Shown here: piece by piece, positions 1 to 9,800 of the stretch | Numbering within the stretch: position 1 is the first letter of the stretch | How the letters are laid out: each line of letters opens with the position of its first letter | Notes under the pieces: model-generated | The model's database searches: none | Told to the model about the DNA's origin: nothing | What the model saw: the letters and a program-made list of their open reading frames with translations, nothing else | NCBI GenBank assembly: GCA_965279035.1 | Contig: OZ257142.1 | Location: forward strand, 2,720,001-2,784,000 | Direction of reading: 5' to 3' | DNA length: 64,000 bases | DNA from: Bacteroidia bacterium | Lineage (GTDB): Bacteria; Bacteroidota; Bacteroidia; M30B66 | Position numbers and translations under genes: made by a program

Positions 1-1
1 G

Positions 2-3000
2 ATAGCTAATTATTCTGGATTAACTACTATTTCCTATTTACCTAATACATTAACATACTTAGAATTGGAATACAATTCCATCAATACTATTAGCTCATTT
101 CCAAATTCATTGCTTCTCATAGGAATTCAATATAATCAATTAGAAAGTATTCCTAGTTTACCAACCATGCTAAAATATTTCGATTGCAGTTACAATCACC
201 TTACAGCTCTTCCTTCTTTACCCAATAGTATAACACAATTAGATGCAAGCTATAATTCCATTTCAACAATCTATTCATTACCTGATTCAGCTCTTGGTAT
301 TAATTTATCAAATAATCAATTTCAATCTATACCAACCTTACCTCAAAATTTAATTAATTTAGATGTTTCAAGTAATTCTCTCAACAGTTTACCTCAATTG
401 AATAATTTACCTCAATTGAATAAAGTTGTTTGCTCTAATAATGTATTAACAAATATTCCAATACTCCCAAATACACTTACAGAATTATATTGTGATTTCA
501 ATTCAATTACATCATTACCAACACTTTCACAAAATTTAATATCGCTAGAATGTAACAATAATTATCTTACCTATTTACCTTCATTAGAAAATTTACAATA
601 CTTAGTTTGTTCTAATAACAATCTTTCCAATGGTTTGCCTACTTTACCATCAACATTAAAAAGTTTATTATGTGAAAATGATTCACTACATACTCTTCCA
701 GCTTTAAATTCTAATTTACAAGTACTTTATTGTTCGAATAATTTACTTGATTCTATTCCAACTATCTATAACCAACTATATGATTTGAGGTGCATGCATA
801 ATCAACTAACTACTCTTCCTAATTTACCAACTAATTTAAAGTACCTAGATTGTAGTTTTAATAATATCAATAATTTACCCAATTTACCACAGAACTTATA
901 TCTATTTTTAATTAGAAACAACCCCAATATAATGTGTCTCCCAGCGATTGAAAAATTCATTGGGTATGGGCCTTTTTCGATAGAAAATACAGGAATTATT
1001 TGTTTACCTAATTATATTGAACATTCATATTCTATTCCTTCTATTGATACTTTGCCATTATGTGGGATTTTTAGTAATCCCAATGGTTGTGAAATAGCAT
1101 GGAATGTTGCTGGTCAAATCCATAGAGACGATAATTCGGATTGTGTCAGACAAACTAGTGAACCTGCAATTGAACAAGTAAAAGTCCAATTAATATTAGC
1201 TGGAGTTGTTGTACAACAAGTTTATTCAAACTTTGCTGGATTTTATTCCTTTAATACCGATTTAAATGAATATGAAATTAAGATTGACACAACAAACCTT
1301 CCATTCGATATAATTTGTCCAAATACGAACTCATATATTTTCAATCCATTTGGCCCTGATACGCTTGACTTTAGTTCAAATTTTGCTTTACAGTGTAAGC
1401 CTGGATTTGATTTAACTTCACGTTACATTGTACATTACAATGGTTTGTTTTTCCCTAATCAAGTTGCTAATGTTTATTTTAGTGCAGGAGATCTTGCACA
1501 ATATTATGGCGTTAATTGTAATACTGAAGGATTGGCAGGAACAATAAAGGCTTGGTTTAGTGGTCCAGAATCATTTAATACAATACCTCAAGGTTGGACA
1601 CTTAATAATGATACACTTAGTTTAGCTTTAAATGATATTAGCCAACTAAATATTGAAGATCATTATCATTTATCATTTTTAACCGATACATTTCCTCCTG
1701 CAGGTTCTCAATTTTGTTTAACTATCAATATTCAAGCAAATGGGATTGATAATAATCCTATAAATAATACAATTACTCATTGTTTTGACGTAATTAATTC
1801 GTTCGATCCTAATTTCAAAGAAGTATATCCATCGACAGTTGAAGAAGCAGGATTATGGCATACTTATACCATTCATTTTCAAAATACGGGAACTGCACCA
1901 GCAATCAACATCTTATTAAAAGATACACTCGATTCACAACTCAATTGGGCTTCATTTGAAAAATTAGGATCTAGTCATACCTTATTTACTCAGGTGCTTG
2001 AAAATGGCATTGTTCATTTCAATTTTCCTAATATTTTCCTAGCCGACTCTACGAGCAATGAACCCGAAAGCCATGGTTGGGTGCAATACCGCATTAAAAC
2101 TAAAGATGATCTGAGCGGTGTTCAAACAATACACAATAAAGCATCTATCTATTTTGATTTTAATGAGCCAGTTGTAACCAACGATGCAATCATACGCCTA
2201 TGCTCGCCTACACAGCTCTACCAGAACATTTTGTTATGTCATGGAGATTCATTAAAGGTTGGAAATACTTGGTTTATAAATGAAGGAGAATATTCAACAG
2301 CAATGAGTTCAATTTATGGTTGCGATTCAACAGTAAATACAACTTTACAATTCCGGTCTATTATTGAAAATGCTTATACACAACAAATTTGTCAAGGAGA
2401 AAGTATCATCATTGACGGCATTACCTATGATTCAGCAGGTGTTTTCTCAAGAATCTATTCCTCTGTGCATGGATGTGATTCAACTGTCACTATGACTCTT
2501 ATTTTGGGTCAACCTGCTACTTCCACCCAGCATTACACTTTATGCGAAGGCGATACCTTGATTTTGAATAATCAAACTTTTACAAGTGCCGATAATTTCA
2601 CAACCACGTATAATTCAAGTTTTGGATGTGATTCGATTGTTACCACCGACATTACTTTACTTCCTGTGGATTTTGATGTGTATGTAAATGATCCTGTTCT
2701 TTCGGTAATTCAAGGAATGCAGTTTTATCAGTGGATTAATTGCGCTACAAATGAACCTATTGAAGGCGCTTCATCTCAAGTGTTTATTCCAACATCCAAC
2801 GGATCATATAAAGTGAATGTATTGACAATAAATGGATGCATTAAAACATCCGATTGCTATACAATCAGTACCTTAGGAATTATTGAACTTTCTCCTTCAG
2901 ATATACGATTGTATCCCAATCCTGCTAATGAACAAATTACCATTGTACACCCTCAAGTAAGTGGTCAAATCTATATCACCGATTTAGCTGGTAGAATGGT

Positions 3001-3133
3001 AGGTGAACAAGCTATTTCCAATGGCTCATCAACACTTATAAACACGACTTATTTGTCTTCTGGCAACTATTTGGTAAAGTTTGTTTCGAATAAATTTCAA
3101 CCAATTACTATACGATTTTCGGTGATCAAATAG
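2..3133 (+). CDS. Leucine-rich-repeat T9SS cargo protein (5'-truncated by window edge) with a conserved Ig-like SFDPN/FQNTGT domain and C-terminal T9SS sorting domain
   Basis: Frame is open from base 2 (IANYSGLTTISYLPNTL...). Many 20-aa LPxLPxxLxxLxCxxNxL repeats; SFDPNFK...YTIHFQNTGTAPA...IYFDFNEPVVTN domain; three GCDS repeats; C-terminal LYPNPA...GNYLVK sorting signal. Confidence 0.85.
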   Translation: MANYSGLTTISYLPNTLTYLELEYNSINTISSFPNSLLLIGIQYNQLESIPSLPTMLKYFDCSYNHLTALPSLPNSITQLDASYNSISTIYSLPDSALGINLSNNQFQSIPTLPQNLINLDVSSNSLNSLPQLNNLPQLNKVVCSNNVLTNIPILPNTLTELYCDFNSITSLPTLSQNLISLECNNNYLTYLPSLENLQYLVCSNNNLSNGLPTLPSTLKSLLCENDSLHTLPALNSNLQVLYCSNNLLDSIPTIYNQLYDLRCMHNQLTTLPNLPTNLKYLDCSFNNINNLPNLPQNLYLFLIRNNPNIMCLPAIEKFIGYGPFSIENTGIICLPNYIEHSYSIPSIDTLPLCGIFSNPNGCEIAWNVAGQIHRDDNSDCVRQTSEPAIEQVKVQLILAGVVVQQVYSNFAGFYSFNTDLNEYEIKIDTTNLPFDIICPNTNSYIFNPFGPDTLDFSSNFALQCKPGFDLTSRYIVHYNGLFFPNQVANVYFSAGDLAQYYGVNCNTEGLAGTIKAWFSGPESFNTIPQGWTLNNDTLSLALNDISQLNIEDHYHLSFLTDTFPPAGSQFCLTINIQANGIDNNPINNTITHCFDVINSFDPNFKEVYPSTVEEAGLWHTYTIHFQNTGTAPAINILLKDTLDSQLNWASFEKLGSSHTLFTQVLENGIVHFNFPNIFLADSTSNEPESHGWVQYRIKTKDDLSGVQTIHNKASIYFDFNEPVVTNDAIIRLCSPTQLYQNILLCHGDSLKVGNTWFINEGEYSTAMSSIYGCDSTVNTTLQFRSIIENAYTQQICQGESIIIDGITYDSAGVFSRIYSSVHGCDSTVTMTLILGQPATSTQHYTLCEGDTLILNNQTFTSADNFTTTYNSSFGCDSIVTTDITLLPVDFDVYVNDPVLSVIQGMQFYQWINCATNEPIEGASSQVFIPTSNGSYKVNVLTINGCIKTSDCYTISTLGIIELSPSDIRLYPNPANEQITIVHPQVSGQIYITDLAGRMVGEQAISNGSSTLINTTYLSSGNYLVKFVSNKFQPITIRFSVIK

Positions 3134-3163
3134 TTAGCTAGACTAATTATTAATATTCGAAAT

Positions 3164-3733
3164 ATGACTTACGACTACTTAGAAAGTCTAAAAAAACAAT
3201 TCGAGTATTATAAAATGCTCGGTGATAAAACATTTACCCAAATTGAAGACGATAATTTATTTTGGAAATTTAATGAAGACAGTAATAGCATTGGAACAAT
3301 AGTGAAACATCTATAGGGAAATATGCTGTCAAGATGGACTGATTTTTTAACGACAGATGGAGAAAAAGAATGGAGAAATCGTGATGCTGAATTTGAAAAT
3401 GACATTACAACACGTCAAGAACTTATTGATAAATGGGAAGAAGGTTGGAAATGTTTATTTAATGCACTGAACTCATTGACATCTGAGGACTTGCAAAAAG
3501 AAATTTTCATTCGTAATCAAGGGCACACTATAATTGAAGCTATATTCAGGCAACTTGCTCATTATGCTTATCATGTTGGACAAATTGTATTTATTGGAAA
3601 AATGGCAACAAATAATCATTGGAATTCATTGTCAATTCCAAAAGGACAATCAATTTCTTACAATGCTGATAAATTTTCAAAGCCTAAACAAAAAGGTCAT
3701 TTTACAGATGAATATATTAACAAGGAGAAGTAA
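3164..3733 (+). pseudogene. DUF1572/DinB-like protein interrupted by an in-frame TAG at 3314-3316
   Basis: ATG at 3164 reads MTYDYLESLKKQFEYYKMLGDKTF...NSIGTIVKHL*GNMLSRWTDFL, in frame with the 3323-3733 ORF (RQLAHYAYHVGQIV). The family motif as I recall it is KHLxGNMLSRWTDF; one TGG>TAG change explains the stop. Confidence 0.8.
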
Positions 3734-3889
3734 TAAACCGCCTTCATCTAAATACAACTTGCTGGCATTTTTGTTCTCTAAATCATTATTTTAAAAAGGA
3801 CTTTTTCATTTGTTTTAACACCATTAAGAAATTTGTTTTTGAATTGCCTTATCGTCGGATTGATAGATAAATCGCATATTTCAAAATAA

Positions 3890-6800
3890 TTAGTTTGTAA
3901 TTATTAGTTTTTGAACAAGGTTCGCGTTTTCCACTTTTAGGGAAAGGAAATAAATACCATTTGACAATACGTTGGTTACATTCAATGGAAGTGTAATTGA
4001 ATTCGCATTAGTTTGCATTTCAAATTCCTGATTGAAGACATTTTTCCCTTCTAGACTGTGAATGGAAATTGTTATAGATTGATTAACGTGTGATTGGAAA
4101 TTCCCTTTAATTACAAATTGTCCATTCGAAGGATTCGGATAAATGGAGATAGAATTACCAGACTGATTGCTGATGTGATTAATGACATCTATAACAAGCG
4201 TATCGCTTAGGAATGAATTCACTGGATTACATAAGAATGTGCTTTCAAGTTCCAGCGTAATAATATCACCCGATGCAGGATTTTCATCTAAATAATAAGG
4301 TTCATTTCCAACGATAATTCCATTTTTTCTCCAAATATAAATTGGAAGTATTCCAATATCATCAATAGTTGAAGTATACAAAATTGAAGTGCCTTCGTTA
4401 ACAATAATACCAGGCATTGCATGAATTTCAATATGAGGTGTAAACACTGGTATAAAATCAACTTCAAGTGTATTTGAGTAAACTGATTCCGAGCTAACAC
4501 ATTGCTCAGAACTTACTAAAGTGCAGAGTACTTCATCTCCATCTTGAAGTGATGATGAAACATAGATTGAATCTGTATTGGATAAATCGGTATTACCGTT
4601 TACAGACCAAACAAACGCTGGAGAAGTCCCTCCGTGCGTATAATTCGATACAAAGTTTATTGGTTCACCAATACAGGAATACGCATCATTATTTGTAATT
4701 GTTATTATTGGAAAAATGGTTGGTTTTTTTATTAATGTAATTGTTTGACTAGTATCAACAGATGATGTCACACAAATTAAATTGGATGTTAGAGTGCAAT
4801 AAAGTAGTGTAGTATCGGAATTAATTACTGAATTAATACTTGCTCCACTATTTAAAAGCTCACCATTTCCATACCATTGAATTAATGGATTAGTCCCCAT
4901 GTTTGTGCCTATTGAACTATATGATAGTGTATCATTTTCACAGAATGAATATTGGGATAAAGGAGCATTTATTGTAACCGTTGGTGTTACATTGGCAACA
5001 ATATCAACACTGATAGAATTACTTTGAACAGTTTCAATTAAAGGACAAACATCAGAACTATTAACAACACATCGAACTTGATCATTATCCGAAAATACAT
5101 TCGAACTAAGCGTTAGGGAATTAGTTAAAAGAACATTATTATTTCTATACCAATTGATAATAGGATTTGATCCTGCATTTGAAATTGAAGCATTAAAAGT
5201 GATTTGACTTCCTTGGCACAATTGGCCGTTTGATAATGTTGAAATAGAAACAGCAGATTCGGAAACAGTATTAATTAAAAGTTGAGATTCATTTGATATT
5301 ATAGAATCAGCATCAATGTATGCGATGCATCGGAAAAAAGTACTATCAATACTAAGGGGTGGATGAGAAATGAATAGTTCATTCTGATTAGCACCATTAT
5401 AAAGTGAATCATTTTGGAGACTCACCCAAATGCCATCAACTAAATGTTGCCATTTGAAATTAAAATCTTGATTATTTGCAAAATTAAAAGCAAAAGAAAC
5501 ACTTTCACCATTACAAATATTCTGGGTTACCGGTTGAATTATGGGAGTATAAATGGATGTTATTGATGTTGATTCACCGAGTTGATATGTCCCAAACTCA
5601 TTGCTAATGTTATTGATTGTGAGTAAACCTGACTGAGAGATACTTGAACCAAATGTTGTCCAGATGCCATTTTCCAGAATAGCTGCCTTAAAATTAAGTT
5701 CATTGGATAATGTATCAATCGCTGTTGAAGGCCATCTAAATTTCATGGTTAAATTGGGAGAGAAATTGAAATCATCGATTTTCTCTAGCTGGAAATAATA
5801 ATTCAAGGATTTGTTTGAATCAATGGATGATTGAGCAATCAAAGGATGGTCTCCTTCATTAATTGAAATTTTAAATGCTCCTTGAGTAGTAACAGCTGGC
5901 TCATTAAATTCAACAGGTAAATAGGTAGTGAGGGTTCCTAATGGAATTACTTTATTATAAGAATAATAAACATTTTTAGGGCTATACTTACCAACTAACC
6001 AACCATTTCCATTCACATTGTTGCTATTATCATTTACAAGTAAATCTGTAGTTAATGTATGTTGACCAAAATTCAATTTCCCTTTTAATAACAATGCTCT
6101 ATAATTAACCTTTACATCACCAATTTGAAATACAACGCCTTCATATGATGTGTTTCGTACGTTAATCTCACTTAAGTTAGTGTTGTAATATGAAATAAAT
6201 GTTCCTTGCCCTGTTACATATTGAGGAACTAAAACGTCATTATATTCATTATTTGCCCTATTGATAAATAGCAAACTAGAATTTTCAAAAACCGCTCCTT
6301 CATTAACTGCTATATTCCCACCAATTGTAAGGCGTCCCATATAAAGCGCACCATCATTATTCATGGTGAAATCATGCAATACATCCAAATAAGATTGATT
6401 CAGAAATCGCGTTTTTTGACCAGGTGTGCCGTTTAAAATGATGTTGCTAAAAATCAAGGTACTGGATGCAGAGGAATTATAAGAAGAATTTAAAAGGTTA
6501 AATTCATTTAACAGTGTGGTATCCGTTGAGATTCCATCACCCAAAATTAAGATATGCCCATTCCCAACTTCATACAACGGATTTACAAAATTGAGTTGAT
6601 TATTCAACAAATCTAGCTTGATTGTGTATTGACTGAAAATTGGATCTATGACCTTAATTGTTCCATCATTTAAATGGAAATCATAGGATGAAAATGTAAG
6701 TGCTGCTTTTGTTGTTAGACTTTCATTTATGTTGCCTCCTGCATTTCCATCTAACACAATCTCCCCTCCATTTTGAATAAAGGTAGAATTGAGTGGATTG

Positions 6801-9800
6801 TATATATAACCATTGATAGTGCAGATACCTGCTTCTATTTCAAAGATTCCATTATTGATAAATGGCGCTTTTCCTCCACCTTCATTACCTATATCAACAC
6901 TTGTCCCATTAAAATAGAATTTACCAAAGGATACAATACTATCGGCTACAGTTAAGGAATTCAGAATATTTAGTTCACTATATACCGAAATGGTAATGGA
7001 TTTACACGCTTGAACATCGGACACAGTTACGTGATCACCTTCCGAAATAAGAACATTATCAGAAAAATTAGGTACACTAGCTATATTCCATGTAGCTGGA
7101 TTGTTCCAATCACCATCGCTTACTGAATAAATAAAATGAGGAACTGGTTCATTCGAACCGATTGAAAATCCTTCGTTTGTTAAATCACTTAATGATAAAC
7201 GATTTCTGACAGCCCAGTAATTTGAATTAATAAACTGAGAAGGTGCAAACAGCCCTGCAACAGTATCAGCTTGAATTATATGAAGAGAAGAATCTGCATT
7301 CTCAACTGAATTATATTCAACTGCTGCTAATTTCAATACAAAAGAAGAATCTGCTAGTAATAATCCATCTTCAGCGGTTACTATCCAATTTGGGTTGATT
7401 CGGTTTATAACTGTATCCACACCATCAATGATAGGGTTTGTAAGCGATGTAAATCCATTTTGCCCTTCCATTCGAATTGAAATACTTCCTTTATGAAGAA
7501 GACTAGTACTAGTATTTAATCCTATGTATGTTGAGCGATCAAAACCATTGTAAAGAATCGGAATAGTAGAAGCAATTGCGCTAGTAGCCCAATTTTTAAT
7601 TCCCCCAGTACTTAAAACAAAATGATGCCTTTGATAAAAATTATTAAAATATATTACTCCATTAGCTGTTGAATCACCAATAGTAAGTATGTGTTCATTC
7701 AGTATTAAATTTCCTCTTGACATAGTTACCGATTTAACACTTCTATCAAATGGAAGTGTTATTCCATTTAATGCCGTTGAATTAATAATGAGTCTGTGTG
7801 GACCAAATTGGGCAGGATATAAATTGTCGCTAATGGTTGCATCTAAGGGAGTAATATAGTTTAGTCCGCCTCCATTTGAGTATTTTATGGTGTCGGAAGT
7901 TGTAATTGGCTGAAGGGCTTGCGTAGCAATTGCAATTTCAGAAAGTCCTGTAACATTAAAAGATGAAACCGCACCTCCATTCATATTCAATAAAATGCCA
8001 TCAGGATTACTGATTTTATAAGAAATCCCTCCAGTAGGTGTTGAAACTAAATTCACCACTTGTTGCCCCATTTGACCATTAAAATCAAATGTCATAATGT
8101 AAAAAGATGACGAATAGGATATTAGTCCCGCTTCTTGATTAAACGTTCCTGCAACAGCAAGTAATAAATTGCCATTATTCGATGAGTTTTTGACAAAATC
8201 TAAGCTTCCTCCTAGTTGATGGAAATTATTTATTTCAATTGGATTATTAAAAACGAGTACGCGCAATCGTGCAGTACCAGATGATTCTAACGTACATGTC
8301 CCCTTTACATTAGGCATATAATAAACCCAAAGATCAGTTGTTTGATTATTCAGATTAAATAAAATATCATTTACTGTTGGCATATTCGTAAATGAAATAC
8401 TTGTGCATTTTCCATGTATTTGAACATTGACATCTGGTGCATAATAGGCTGAAGGAAAAATAACATTTGTTCCATTCACCTGATATTCAATATTTCCATA
8501 TATTTTCAAACTACTTGTGTTAGAAGTTATATAAGGATTCCTAATGATTCTAAAGGTCCCCGTTGATGTTACTTCAGTCTTTCCACCTGTTGCTAATAAA
8601 TAATTAGTATTTAGTCCTGACTTCATTTCAAGCACACCGGCAATTTGGTTATAACCATGACCCAAATTCAAAGTCAATTGGTATATAGAATCTTCAATAA
8701 TTAAACGAGAACCTTGGTCAATAACTAATTGCGTGCTATCGGCTATTAAACAAAAATTTAATTTCAGTTGATTGGCTGATGCTGTTGAAAATGTAACGCA
8801 TGTAGAGTTTGAAATACTTAATCGAGCAATCGTTTGTGTTGGAACATTTATAACTGTATCTGTTTGACCAGTTGAAAATTTGAGCCAATCGGTAAATAAA
8901 GGAGTTGTCCGAGCTGGGACCCAATTACCTGCTAATTGAAAATCGTTGTTAATTGCACCCGACCACTGATACACATTGCTGCTAGTGAATGTCCCTGTAT
9001 AATCTGTATTTGCTAAAGAATATGCAGTTGTTGTAAGGGTATCTGATTGTAAAGTTTGAGTCTCATAGATAGTACCAATGGATTGCCATGAACCCGAATG
9101 AAAGCTATGAGGAAGAAAATATAAATAATCACCCACAATATCTTCAGTTAGGTAATTGGTTTTTAATGAATAGGTCATGATTGCATTTGCACCATCATCC
9201 TGAAATGTCCAATATCTTTTTAAGTAATTCGTTGAAATATTTGAGGGATGCGTTGCGTTTAACACACCAACAGTAATGGTTCGTTGCACAGCATTATCTC
9301 TATAGTAGAAATCAAGACCTGTAGCTTGAGCAACATTGGAAGTACTAAAAGTCCCCATTGGGAATTTGATTGTAGAACTAATATTCGGATATAAAATATG
9401 TTTCACTCTTCCAATTCCGTTGACTACTATCATTCGATCAACTAATGGATTCATATTGCTGAATTGGGAAACTATTGATTGCTTAATGAGTAGATTACTT
9501 GAATTAAGCAGCAAAAGGCCTTTTGCCAAGTCTAAATTATTCACCTCTTTATTTGTAGTGAATTGCAATTGCTTTGCTAGGCCAGTTCCTGTGAGGTTTA
9601 CACGTAATGTACTTGGTCCATTAAAATCAGGCCATTCAACAGACGTTATTTGCAACAGATTTGTACCCGAATACTCTAAGGTTGATGCTGTTGGATGATA
9701 AGAAATATGTCCTGCATTCGCATCGAAATGCCCATTTATTATGGTGACATGAGAAAGTGAATCAAGCGCAATATCATTTACCAGTTTAACACCTTGGGCA

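Noticed and set aside
3314-3316. Stop-codon reassignment or pyrrolysine read-through
   Set aside because: TAG is a normal terminator in several genes here (e.g. ends at 3133, 14943, 53401) and no recoding machinery is present.
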